64,000 nucleotides of DNA, from NCBI GenBank assembly GCA_963708295.1, contig CAVPSJ010000004.1:672001-736000 (forward strand). The letters are read 5' to 3'. Every line of letters starts with the position of its first letter. Position 1 is the first letter of the stretch. Source of the stretch: an uncultured delta proteobacterium. GTDB taxonomy: Bacteria > Desulfobacterota > BSN033 > UBA1163. This document shows positions 32,009-42,320 of the stretch, piece by piece. A model generated the notes under the pieces. That model did not search any database. It was not told where the DNA came from and was given only the letters and a program-made list of their open reading frames with translations. The position numbers and the translations under genes are program-made.

Positions 32009-32602
32009 ATGCTGGAAGCCACCGCTCTCGTCGAACATTCTCCCTATGCCGGGATACTTATTCTCTTGATCCTCGGAGAAATTGGATTGCCTTTCCCAGA
32101 GGATGCTACGCTGATATTAAGTGGATTTTTGATGTCCCAAAGAGTGACGAAGCCGCTGCCCACGCTCATCGTCGTCTACTGTGGCCTCCTCCTCACGGAC
32201 TTTTCCCTCTATTGGGTCGGCAAGAAATACGGGCGAAAGGTGGTTGAGCATAAGAGATTCCGGCGAATCCTGTCCGCCGAGAGGTTCTTGACATTAGAAG
32301 AGAAGTTTAAGAAATGGGGCATCTACGTCGTCTTCGTCGGAAGACATTTCTTGGGAATAAGGGCTCAGATCTTCCTCGTCGCCGGGGTCATGAGAATGTC
32401 CGCCCTCAAGTTCATCCTGGCCGATGCCGCTTCAGCGATCCTCACCATGACTTTAATGATCGGACTAGGCTTTTTGGGAGGGAACAGCATCCAGGTTTTG
32501 CACAAGAACCTGAATAGAATTGAGCATATCGGAATTCTTATTCTAGTCATTCTGCTCACCGCCTGGATCCTTTATAACTACTTCAGGAATAGAAAAATGT
32601 GA
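32009..32602 (+). CDS. DedA family membrane protein
   Basis: GLPFPED, YWVGKKYG, GRHFLGIR, AGVMRM. Confidence 0.9.
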   Translation: MLEATALVEHSPYAGILILLILGEIGLPFPEDATLILSGFLMSQRVTKPLPTLIVVYCGLLLTDFSLYWVGKKYGRKVVEHKRFRRILSAERFLTLEEKFKKWGIYVVFVGRHFLGIRAQIFLVAGVMRMSALKFILADAASAILTMTLMIGLGFLGGNSIQVLHKNLNRIEHIGILILVILLTAWILYNYFRNRKM

Positions 32603-32732
32603 GGGAAGATCCTTCGTGGAATTCACAGCAGGGCGTGAAAATAAGGTCCTTTCTCCCTTAAAATACAGAATTTAACCTATTTATATTTCTTAACATATTG
32701 GCGATTTTTATATGGGAATGGAGGTGTACATA

Positions 32733-34148
32733 ATGAGAAAAGGAGAAAGTTTTCGAAGAAAGGGCTTCTTACTATCTCTCATGATTCTGATCCTCGTGTT
32801 TCCGGCATACAGTCTGAACGCTGCCGAGAGAACCACGGAAAAGGACTGGAGAAAAGGCTTTGTGGAGGTAGCGAAGAAAGTGAAGCCGTCTGTGGTCGCC
32901 ATTCGATCCGAACGGACAGTGACGGTCGGACCGGGAGCCGGAGAAGACTTCTTCAAAGGGACACCTTTTGAAGACTTTTTTAAAGAGCATGGGGGACCTC
33001 CCTCGAAACGAAAGCAGATGGGCGAAGGTTCCGGAGTTATTGTGGATGCACAAGGCAATATCCTCACAAACAATCACGTCGTTGCAGGGGCGGAAAAGAT
33101 TTCCATCCATCTTTTTGATGGCCGGGAGTTGAAGGGAACGGTTCGAGGAACCGATCCCAGGACCGATCTTGCAGTCGTGCATGTGGAGGCTGCCGATCTT
33201 CCCGTCGCCATGCTCGGCGATTCGGACAAGCTCCAGGTGGGGGAATGGGCCATTGCCGTTGGTTCACCCTTCGGCCTTGAAGAGACCGTCACCGTAGGTG
33301 TAATTAGCGCAAAGGGTCGATCAGGGCTGGGGACGGGGAATTATGAAGATTTTATTCAAACCGATGCCTCCATCAATCCTGGGAATAGTGGCGGTCCCCT
33401 TGTGAACATCGATGGCGATGTGATTGGAATCAATGCGATGATTATCCAGCCGGGCCAGGGAATCGGCTTTGCCATTCCCATCAACCTTGCCAAGACGATT
33501 ATGGTGGAGTTAATCAAGACCGGGAAGGTCGTTCGTCCGTGGGTGGGAATTGGCCTTCAGGATATTACCTCGGACCTGATGAAATTCTTTAATCTCAAGG
33601 AGAAGGCAGGAGCGTTGATCAGCCAGGTCTATGCAGGAAGTCCCGCGGAAACGGTCGGTCTGAAGGTGGGAGACGTCGTGATCGAAGTCGATCGGGTGAA
33701 GGTTACAAATAGTCAGGATGTCGTCCGTGAGGTTTTGAAGAAGAAAGTGGGCCAGCAGGTCGGTTTTGTGGTCCTCCGCGAGGGAAAACGAACTGAAATT
33801 TCAGTGACGACTGCCCAGATGCCAGAGAAAACAGGGGAGCCAGGACCCGCTCAGCCCGCAAGAGAATGGTTTGGCCTTCGGGTATCCAATGTCACGCCGG
33901 ATCTTGCCAAACAGCTGGGTCTCAAAAAAACAGAGGGAGTTGTCATTGTAGGAGTGGAGCCCAGCTCCATTGCCCAGCGGTCGGGTTTGAGGGCTGGAGA
34001 TGTTATCTCGGAGGTGAACCGCCAGAAGGTCTCCAGCGAAAATGACTACCGCAGCGTTATGGAAAAATCAAAACCGGACCAGGGGGTCCTGTTCCTGATC
34101 GATCGGGCAGGTTCAACGTTCTTTGCCACCCTGACCGAAGAGAAATAA
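32733..34148 (+). CDS. degP: DegP/HtrA serine protease with two PDZ domains
   Basis: TNNHV, TDLAV, INPGNSGG; SD GGAGG. Confidence 0.92.
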   Translation: MRKGESFRRKGFLLSLMILILVFPAYSLNAAERTTEKDWRKGFVEVAKKVKPSVVAIRSERTVTVGPGAGEDFFKGTPFEDFFKEHGGPPSKRKQMGEGSGVIVDAQGNILTNNHVVAGAEKISIHLFDGRELKGTVRGTDPRTDLAVVHVEAADLPVAMLGDSDKLQVGEWAIAVGSPFGLEETVTVGVISAKGRSGLGTGNYEDFIQTDASINPGNSGGPLVNIDGDVIGINAMIIQPGQGIGFAIPINLAKTIMVELIKTGKVVRPWVGIGLQDITSDLMKFFNLKEKAGALISQVYAGSPAETVGLKVGDVVIEVDRVKVTNSQDVVREVLKKKVGQQVGFVVLREGKRTEISVTTAQMPEKTGEPGPAQPAREWFGLRVSNVTPDLAKQLGLKKTEGVVIVGVEPSSIAQRSGLRAGDVISEVNRQKVSSENDYRSVMEKSKPDQGVLFLIDRAGSTFFATLTEEK

Positions 34149-34164
34149 GAACGGAGGCTAAAAT

Positions 34165-35555
34165 TTGAGACGTCTCTTGCTGAACCAGAACAATTTTTCT
34201 TTCCCTGCTTCTCTCTCTTCTGCTCACAACGATCTCAGAAGCAGAATTGAAGGAGAATGTCTTTGAAACCGTTTTGCCCAACGGCTTGAAGGTGATCCTC
34301 CTTGAAAATCACAAGAGCCCCCCTTGTCACCTTTCAGGTCTGGTACCGCGTGGGATCTCGAAACGAAGCCTGGGGCAAGACGGGACTCTCTCATATGCTC
34401 GAGCACATGATGTTCAAAGGGACAGAAAGAGTCGGTCCCGAGGAGTTTTCCAGGATCATCCAGGAGAATGGCGGAAATGACAACGCCTTCACTTCCCACG
34501 ACTATACGGCCTATTTCGAAAATCTCAGTGCGGATCGAGTCCAGGTGGCGATCGATTTGGAATCGGACCGAATGCAGAACCTCCTCCTTCGGAAGCAGGA
34601 CTTCCGGACCGAGCGAATGGTGGTGATGGAAGAGCGGAGGCTTCGCACCGAGGACAACCCGCAAGCCGTTTTGGCAGAGCAAGTCATGGCCACTGCGTTT
34701 CAGATCCACCCCTACCACTGGCCCATTATCGGCTGGATGGAGGATATCGCCCGTTTCACCCTCGAGGACTTGAAGGCGTACTATAAAACTTACTACAACC
34801 CTATCAATGCCATCCTCGTTGTCGTGGGAGATTTTAGAAAAGGTGATCTTCTTCCCAAAATTGAAAAGGCCTTTGGTTCGTTCCCGAAAGGGAGCGCCCC
34901 CTACGCAGGAGAGGGATATCGATCCTCCACAGATCGGGGAGCGCAGAATCTTTGTGAAGAAGGAGGCTCAACTCCCCTTTCTGGTCATGGGGTATCATGT
35001 CCCGAACCTCCGAGAGCCGGATAGCTATGTGCTGGAAGTAATCGCCACGATCCTCTCCGGCGGGAAAAGCTCGAGACTCTACCAAAGCCTCGTGCGGGAA
35101 AAACGACTTGTCCTGAGTGTGGATGCTGACCACTCCCTGACCTCCCGAGATCCAAGCCTCTTCACCCTCTCGGCAGAATTGCTTCCCGGAAAAGAGGTGG
35201 CCGAAGTGGAGAAGGCATTCGATCAGGAAGTCGAGCGACTCCAGAAAGAGACCGGTGGGGAAGCAGGAACTGGAAAAGGCAAAAAATCAACTCGAAGCCT
35301 CTTTTATCTTCGCCCAGGATTCTCTCTTCTACCAGGCCATGCTCCTGGCCCGGCATGAGATTGCCCTCAGTTGGAAAAGCGATCGATGACTACCTTCCCT
35401 CCATTCGAAAAGTCTCGCCTGAAGATATTCAGCGAGTTGCGAAAAAATATCTGACTCCGGACAATCGAACGGTGGGCATTCTTATCCCGCTCCCGCCCAA
35501 AGAAGGGAAACCTGGGCCGGCGGCGGGACCTGTCAAAGAACATGTGGTGAGATAA
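34165..35555 (+). CDS. M16B zinc peptidase, catalytic subunit (several frameshifts)
   Basis: HMLEH, NAFT, EERRLR and SRLY across shifted frames. Confidence 0.85.
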
Positions 35556-35632
35556 GAGTGGCGATCACGAGCCTTTTACGGGAAAGGAGCGGTCAGGTGT
35601 TATTTCTTCAGATAGGAGAAAGGTACACAAAC

Positions 35633-36999
35633 ATGCTTTTCATTCCGCCAGTTCGTCGCAGTCCGCATTCCGAAATTGAAATACCTGATCGTCCTCGTTT
35701 CCTTACTGTTCTGCCTGGGTCGTGCCAGCGGGCAGCCTCCGTGCCATGCCTCCAGTCCAGAGGACTGGTTCTCCCCAACCATCTTGTCCTTCTTGCTTCC
35801 GAAGACCACTCCCTACCGTTTGTGACTCTACAACTCCTCATCGATTCAGGATCCTGGAGAGATCCTCCGGGGAGGAAGGTCTGGCCTACCTGACAGCCAG
35901 AGGGCTTCTTCTGGGAACATCAAAGCGCACGGTCAATCAGGTCAATGAGGAGCTCGATTTTATGGGTGCCTCTCTCAATTCTTCATCCGGAAGGGACTAT
36001 GCGACGCTGACCCTCCGGGTTTTGAAGAAGGATCTGGACAAGGGACTCGATCTCTTCATGGAAGTACTGACCCAACCCACCTTCCCTGAAGAGGAAGTCA
36101 AGAGGGAGATCGAAAAGACCCTGGCGGCCATTCAATCGGAGGAAGATCAACCCGATGAGGTTGCAGAAAAGGCATTCCAGAAGACCCTCTTCCTCAGCAG
36201 CCCTTACGGTCACCCTGTGGAAGGAACAAAGGAATCCGTTCCCAAGCTCACGCGGGAAGGGATCGTCCGTTTTTATCGTTCCTATTACCATCCCAATAAT
36301 GCCATCCTAACGGTGGTCGGGGATATGACGGAGGAAGAATTGAAGAGGAAACTCATCCCCCGTCTCGAAAAATGGCCTATGGGCGAGATTCCAAAACTGC
36401 CTTTCAATTCCAAGTTTGAAAAGGAGCAGAAGACGGTGAAGATGAACCGACCGATCACCCAGGCCAACATCATTCTTGGCCATGCCGGAGTCAGCCGCGA
36501 AAACCCTGATTTCTACGCCATCACCGTCATGAACTATATTCTCGGAGGGGGAGGCTTCGCTTCTCGATTAATGGCGGAGATTCGAAACAAGAGGGGACTG
36601 GCCTATTCGGTGGCAAGCTTTTTTGATCCGGGAAAATACCCCGGTTCTTTCCAGATCGTTCTTCAGACAAAAAATCCCTCTGCCCGTGATGCCATCTCCC
36701 TCTCACTCCAACAGATGGAGCGGATTCAAAAGGAACTCGTTTCGGAAAAAGAACTGGAAGGAGCAAAAAAATATCTCATTGGAAGTTTCCCGATGCGGCT
36801 CGATACCCAGGGAAAACTGGCCAATTTTCTCACCCAGGTGGAGTACTACGGATTAGGTCTCGATTATCCTGAGAAGTACCCTTCCCTCATTCGGTCCATC
36901 ACCAGGGAAGAAGTGCTCCGGGTCGCAAAAAAATACCTTCATCCGAAAAAATATGTCCTGGTCATCGTCGCCAATCTGAAAGAAGCAGGCATGGAATGA
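35633..36999 (+). CDS. M16B peptidase partner subunit (5' frameshifts)
   Basis: GLAYLT (no HxxEH), GGGGFASRL, RNKRGLAY. Confidence 0.85.
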
Positions 37000-37143
37000 T
37001 TCTTTCGTCTATCTGCCTCTCCGTCAAGAGCGAAGCATCCCCCCAGAGACTTCTTGATAGATCGAAAGGACTGGGATATTATAAGAGCACCTATACGCAG
37101 AATTCGGGGTTATGTAAACGGATCCTTGGAAGGGAGGAAAACC

Positions 37144-37668
37144 ATGAACGAAAAAGATCGTCTGAATGCCTTAGAGGTGGCTCTCAATAACGAGACGAGG
37201 GAGCGAGAATTCTATCTAAAGAATGCAAAAAGAACGAAGAACGCCCTGGGCAAAAAAATGTTCCAGCAAATCGGGGATGATGAACTGGAGCACTACGAGC
37301 GCCTGAAACAGCTCCATCAGAAGTGGGTCAAACAGGAAAAATGGCCTGAGACCGTTCCCCTTAAAGTAAAGGATACGATCGTAAAGGACATCCTCCTTGA
37401 GTTCATCAAAAAGGTCGATAAAACTGCTAAAGGAGATTCGGATGACCTCGAGGCCGTCCGAACGGCCATTGACTTCGAGGCCAAGGGAGCAAAGTTTTAT
37501 GCTGAACTGCGGGATAGCGTGACGAACCCGACAGAAAAGCAATTCTTTGACCTCCTGTCAAATATGGAAAATGAGCACTATCTATCCCTCAAGGATACGG
37601 AGGAATATTTCATCGATCCTGCTTCCTGGTATCGGATGAAGGAACACCATACTCTGGATGGAGAGTGA
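37144..37668 (+). CDS. rubrerythrin/ferritin-like protein
   Basis: ALNNE..EREFY, DELEH, AIDFE, MENEH; SD GGAGG. Confidence 0.85.
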   Translation: MNEKDRLNALEVALNNETREREFYLKNAKRTKNALGKKMFQQIGDDELEHYERLKQLHQKWVKQEKWPETVPLKVKDTIVKDILLEFIKKVDKTAKGDSDDLEAVRTAIDFEAKGAKFYAELRDSVTNPTEKQFFDLLSNMENEHYLSLKDTEEYFIDPASWYRMKEHHTLDGE

Positions 37669-37816
37669 GGTCATTTTCACCTGAGAGAATGGATCGGGGA
37701 GGGGAGGACCGGAGGTCATGACCGCGTGAGAGACGCGGCTGTTTGCCATCGATCTTTTTGGGAGAGAGTCGAAGAGTATATATTCCCGGCTTGATCTCGG
37801 GGGAACCGAGACCCTT

Positions 37817-38158
37817 TTAAGAAGGTAGAAACCTGGACAATATCCAGCTCACGACGCTGATCAGAATTGACCCCAGGACCGCACCCCAGAATCCACTGAC
37901 ATAAAATCCCTTGACCAGGGCTGACACCAGCCAGAGCATCAGTCCGTTGATGATCAGCAAGAAGAGTCCCAGAGTCAGCAGCGTGATGGGAAAGGTGAGG
38001 AAGACCAGGACGGGTCGGAGGATGGTATTCACGATCCCCAGGAGAAATGCAGCCACCAATGCCGCTAGGAAACCATCCACCCGGATCATCTTTGGAAAGA
38101 GATAAGAGACAATGAGAATAGCGACCATATTGATGATTAAGCGAACGACGAAGAACAT
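37817..38158 (-). CDS. YvlD / 4-TM phage-holin-like membrane protein
   Basis: LGIVNTILRP, LTLGLF, GFWGA. Confidence 0.85.
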   Translation of the reverse strand: MFFVVRLIINMVAILIVSYLFPKMIRVDGFLAALVAAFLLGIVNTILRPVLVFLTFPITLLTLGLFLLIINGLMLWLVSALVKGFYVSGFWGAVLGSILISVVSWILSRFLPS

Positions 38159-38170
38159 GGTTTTCTCCTT

Positions 38171-39169
38171 TTAGTGATGATAATAACCCTCTTTCCCAAC
38201 CTTACCTCTAAAAACCATGTAGTTATAGACGGTATATCCCAGGACCAAAGGTAAAACGATGATCACTCCCCATAGGGTGAAGCGGAGGGTTTCTTGTTGT
38301 GCCGCCGCTTCCCGAAAAGTAATGCTGGGCGGAATGGCATAGGGGTAGATGGAAGCAATGAGACCCAGGTATCCTGCAAAGAAAAAGATCACACTGAAAA
38401 CAAAGGGCAGAATCTCCCGCCGGGCTCTTAGGCTCTTCATCAGTCCATAGAAGGCCAGCAGGCCCACCAGAGGAAAGGCCCAAATAAAATAGATTCGGGG
38501 TGGATGGATCCAGTTTGTCAGGGCCGAAGGGTAATGGAAAGGCGTCCAGAAGGTGACCAGGATTTGAAAGAGCAAAACCACCCATGCCGCCCAGAAGGCT
38601 TTGTGGTAAGCGCGTTCCTGTACCGCTCCTTCGGTCTTAATGAGAAGATAAGTGGATCCAAGAAGAATATAGCCTGCGATGAGTGCAAGGCCTACGGTCA
38701 CCGAAAAAGGGGTTAGCCAGTCGAAGGGGCCGCCCGCGAATTGACCTTCAGCCACCTTTGTTCCAGAAAGAATGCCACCCAGGGTCAACCCCTGAGCGAT
38801 CACAGCGACCAAACTCCCCAAAAAGAAAGTCGTGTTCCAAAATCCCTTTCGCGTCGCATTCGCCCGGAACTCGAACGTCACGCCACGGAAGATCAGACCG
38901 AAGATGAACGTGAGAAGAGGGATGTAGAGCCCGCTGAAGACCACGCCATAGATCATGGGAAAGGCAACAAAAAGGGCTCCTCCGCCAAATACCAACCACG
39001 TCTGATTCGCATCCCAAACCGGGGCGATACTGTTCATCATTGTATCTCGCTCTTCTTCGTTCCGGGTGGTGGGAAACATCAGGGCTATCCCCAGGCTGAA
39101 ACCATCGAGAACCACATAGAGGAGAATGGCAAGGGCCAATAAGCAAGCCCAGAGAGTGATGAGATCCAA
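38171..39169 (-). CDS. cydB: cytochrome bd oxidase subunit II
   Basis: YVVLDGF, APVWDANQTW, FRGVTFEFR; TTG start after GGGGGG SD. Confidence 0.92.
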   Translation of the reverse strand: MDLITLWACLLALAILLYVVLDGFSLGIALMFPTTRNEEERDTMMNSIAPVWDANQTWLVFGGGALFVAFPMIYGVVFSGLYIPLLTFIFGLIFRGVTFEFRANATRKGFWNTTFFLGSLVAVIAQGLTLGGILSGTKVAEGQFAGGPFDWLTPFSVTVGLALIAGYILLGSTYLLIKTEGAVQERAYHKAFWAAWVVLLFQILVTFWTPFHYPSALTNWIHPPRIYFIWAFPLVGLLAFYGLMKSLRARREILPFVFSVIFFFAGYLGLIASIYPYAIPPSITFREAAAQQETLRFTLWGVIIVLPLVLGYTVYNYMVFRGKVGKEGYYHH

Positions 39170-39189
39170 TGGTTTACCCCCCTTAAAAA

Positions 39190-39345
39190 CAATGTCGAAA
39201 CCCGAAGCACGAAATTCGAAACAAGCACGAATTCTCAAAATAAAAATGACCAAAACAAAAGCGGTTTCGAAATTTGGATTTTCGATTTGTTTCGAGTTGG
39301 TCCGTAACGGACGCTTCGCCCGATATCCGAATTTCGGATTTAGGA
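39190..39345. repeat. palindromic intergenic element built from (T)TCGAAA/TTCGGA-type short repeats
   Basis: cgaaacccgaagcacgaaattcgaaacaa ... ttgtttcgag ... ccgaatttcgg between cydA and cydB. Confidence 0.6.
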
Positions 39346-39377
39346 AGAACTCGTCTACCGATCATCATGAGGATGCT

Positions 39378-40766
39378 TCATCCTGTCTGCGCTGTGCCCC
39401 TGCTTTCTTGAAGGGTCTGCATCCCGGCCAGCCGCTGAATCGGCGGGATAGGGCTCGCCATGTCCGGGCCGGTCTTTAATGTCTTCAGAATATAATAAAA
39501 GTAGCTCGTCCCGACCACGATGAAGATGACCAGAAAAAGGCTCAGAGACCAGATGACATTCCCGGCCGGGATGGGAGAAACACCTTCGCTCGTCCGCATC
39601 AGATTGTAGACGAGCCATGGTTGCCGGCCCACCTCATTGGTCACCCAGCCCAGTTCCGTTGCAAAAAAACCCAGGGGATGCAGAACCAGCAGGGTTCGCA
39701 AGAATGGACGGTGGCTAAAAAGGCGTCCCTGTCGCCAAAGAACTGCAGCCCACACCATGATCAATAGAAGAACAAACCCGATGGCAACCATCAGCCTGAA
39801 GCTCCAGAAGAGGATGAAAACATTGGGGCGATCTCTCTTCGGAAATTCCTTAAGCCCCCGGACTCGACCCTCAAAGGAATGGGTCACCAGCAGGCTGAGG
39901 CCATCGGGGACGTCGATTGAAAGAAGATTGTTTTCAGCCTCCATGTTCGGGAGAGCGATGACTGCAAAGGGAGCCCCTCCTTTGATGTTGGTTTCCCAAT
40001 GAGCCTCCATGGCGGCCAGTTTTGCCGGCTGGTGATGGAAGACCTGCCGACCGCTCACATCCCCTTGGTAGACTTGAAGGGGTGCGAAAAGGGCAGCCAT
40101 CACCAGGGCAATCCCCAAGGACCGTCGGAAAATATCCACGTACCTTCCTTTGAGAAGATAGTAAGCACTGATTCCGGCGACGACGAAAGCAGATGTCTCA
40201 AAAGAAGCCAACGTCATGTGACCCATTCGGGCGAACAGAGAGGAGTTGAAGATCGCTGCTGAGAAATCAGTGACCATGAACTTTCCGTTGACCAGTTTGT
40301 AGCCCGCCGGCGTTTGCATCCAGGAATTTGCGGCCAGAATCCAAAACGCCGAGAGGATGGCCCCGAAGGATACCAGGCAGGTAGCTAGAAAATGGATGCT
40401 TCGCCGGACTCTCTCCCAGCCGAAGAGCATGATGCCCAAAAACCCACCTTCCAAAAAGAAGGCCGTCAACACCTCGAAACCCAAAAGAGGGGAAAAGACG
40501 TTGCCCACTTTTTGGGAAAAGTGAGAAAAGTTTGTACCGAATTCAAACTCCAATACGACTCCTGAGACCACCCCTATTCCAAAATTGATGGCGAAGATCT
40601 TGACCCAGAAACGGTACAGGCGATAATAAATCTCCTGTTTCGTGATTAACCAGAGGGACTCCACGACCACCAGATAAAGGGCAAGACCGATCGTCAACAC
40701 TGGAAACAGAATGTGAAACATGGTGGTTACGGCAAACTGAATTCGAGAAAGAAAAACGGCGTCCAT
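39378..40766 (-). CDS. cydA: cytochrome bd oxidase subunit I
   Basis: RIQF..FHILF, EFGTN, NSWMQTP, QPAKLAAME, EVGRQPW. Confidence 0.95.
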   Translation of the reverse strand: MDAVFLSRIQFAVTTMFHILFPVLTIGLALYLVVVESLWLITKQEIYYRLYRFWVKIFAINFGIGVVSGVVLEFEFGTNFSHFSQKVGNVFSPLLGFEVLTAFFLEGGFLGIMLFGWERVRRSIHFLATCLVSFGAILSAFWILAANSWMQTPAGYKLVNGKFMVTDFSAAIFNSSLFARMGHMTLASFETSAFVVAGISAYYLLKGRYVDIFRRSLGIALVMAALFAPLQVYQGDVSGRQVFHHQPAKLAAMEAHWETNIKGGAPFAVIALPNMEAENNLLSIDVPDGLSLLVTHSFEGRVRGLKEFPKRDRPNVFILFWSFRLMVAIGFVLLLIMVWAAVLWRQGRLFSHRPFLRTLLVLHPLGFFATELGWVTNEVGRQPWLVYNLMRTSEGVSPIPAGNVIWSLSLFLVIFIVVGTSYFYYILKTLKTGPDMASPIPPIQRLAGMQTLQESRGTAQTG

Positions 40767-41042
40767 CGCCCGCCCCTTCGAAATGACCCTTCTTTTACCT
40801 CATGCTTCTCTCAAGGATTGAGTAGTTTCCTCAGGAAAGGAAACATTGATATAGATGCCAGACCCCATTTCCAACCCTGCGGGTGGGGTCAGTCGCGGAA
40901 TAGTAGCTGGATCCCGTCTCAGTTGAGACATGGGAATCTCCGTTTCATGAGGAATGCGGATTGCAGAACGAAGTACCACGTAAGGTACCCTTTTTTGGTC
41001 TATCCGAAGTCGGCAATCCAAAATCGTCAATTATGTAAGAAC

Positions 41043-41195
41043 CTGTTGAGAGACTCATTTTCTCGGGCTGATCAAAAATGCCCAAATGCAAGGCCCCCGA
41101 AATCCTGAGAGTGGCGTTGGGACGAATGAGGAGCGACTCATTGCCACGCCCCCGAAGGGGGCCGGATAACGCCGCAGATGGGTGTTTTTCAACAG
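41043..41195. mobile_element. MITE family B (CTGTTGA...TCAACAG termini)
   Basis: Short TIRs; internal aatgcccaaatgc/gcagatgggtgtt and gtggc/gccac inverted repeats. Confidence 0.6.
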
Positions 41196-41207
41196 CATGA
41201 AAAGGCC

Positions 41208-41369
41208 TTAACCTAAGGCCACGAGTAACCCCACAAAGGCCCCCAGAGGAGTGGAGATGTAAGGGTTACACGTGAAAGCTCAGGAACTTCCGATGCCTCG
41301 GGTAAGATAAGTCAGAGCAAAGCCAGCAGCCCCGCCCAAGAGCATACCGATGAGGATCTTTGGGATCAT
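41208..41369 (-). CDS. putative small membrane selenoprotein, DUF6132-like (Sec at codon 30)
   Basis: SD AGGAGG; MIPKILIGMLLGGAAGFALTYLTRGIGSS-UGA-AFTCNPYISTPLGAFVGLLVALG-TAA; two hydrophobic segments flank the UGA. Confidence 0.7.
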
Positions 41370-41467
41370 ACCTTCCTCCTTTTTATAAAAATACCATTCC
41401 GTAATGGCTAAATCAATAACAAGATGAGTCGATCATTATTTTCGATGCTTCCTCGATGGATATTCAC

Positions 41468-41496
41468 TTGACAGATTGACGTGCGACATCTAGACT
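41468..41496 (+). promoter_or_regulatory. sigma70-type promoter
   Basis: TTGACA-N17-TAGACT upstream of the cytochrome b5 fusion gene. Confidence 0.6.
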
Positions 41497-41544
41497 AATT
41501 GTCATGAACTGAAATCGAGGGATTTATCAATTGGACTCGCGGAA

Positions 41545-42243
41545 ATGATCAAAGAATTTACCCAGGAAGAATTGTCGTCTTTTAACGGAAAAGAAGGGAG
41601 GCCCGTCTATATCGCCCTTCAAGAAAAAGTCTACGATGTCTCCAAGAGTCCCTTATGGTCGAAAGGCCTCCATATGAACAGACATGCCCCAGGCAGGGAT
41701 CTTGCCGGAGAGATCTCTGCGGCCCCCCACGGGACAGAAGTGCTTGAAAGATATCCCCAGGTAGGGGTTTTGAAGAAAGGGGGACCCGAGGAGTTGAAGC
41801 ATCTTCCTCCCGGTCTCCGGACCCTCCTCGAAAAATTCCCGATGGCAAGACGCCATCCTCACCCGATGATTGTTCATTTTCCTATTGCCCTTCTGATGGC
41901 TTCCTCTCTCTTCGTCCTTCTCTACCTCATCTTCAAAGATCCTTCCTTTGACCGTACCAGTTTCTACCTTTTCGTTTTGGGAGCAATCGCTTCTCCCTTT
42001 GCCATGGCCACGGGGCTCGTTACCTGGTGGGTAAATTATCGATTAAAGCTCTCTCTTTTTGTGAAGAGAAAAATGCAGTTTTCGATGCTCCTCCTTATCT
42101 TTGAGATCATCCTCATCCTTTGGCGCAGTTCTCCATCCCCAATATCCAGCCCCATTTATTTCATCATGGTGGTCATCCTCACCCCCATCGTCTCGATCCT
42201 GGGCTACTATGGGGGCCAGATGACTTTTCCGGCAGAACGATGA
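41545..42243 (+). CDS. cytochrome b5-like heme-binding domain fused to DUF2231 membrane domain
   Basis: FTQEEL..FNG, VYDVS, H..RH.PG.DL, APHG; HPMIVHFPIA; GYYGG. Confidence 0.85.
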   Translation: MIKEFTQEELSSFNGKEGRPVYIALQEKVYDVSKSPLWSKGLHMNRHAPGRDLAGEISAAPHGTEVLERYPQVGVLKKGGPEELKHLPPGLRTLLEKFPMARRHPHPMIVHFPIALLMASSLFVLLYLIFKDPSFDRTSFYLFVLGAIASPFAMATGLVTWWVNYRLKLSLFVKRKMQFSMLLLIFEIILILWRSSPSPISSPIYFIMVVILTPIVSILGYYGGQMTFPAER

Positions 42244-42320
42244 AGAAATAGGGCTGAGATGCCCTCCCCCAGTTTTTCCTCCCTTCGCCAAGCGTCTGGG
42301 CAAACCCTTCTCCAAGGATC

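Noticed and set aside
37817-38158. Holin as evidence of a prophage
   Set aside because: The YvlD-type family is commonly chromosomal, and no other phage genes are present
41264-41279. parS-like GGTTACACGTGAAAGC
   Set aside because: Four mismatches to the parS at 57601, and it lies within the candidate selenoprotein codons
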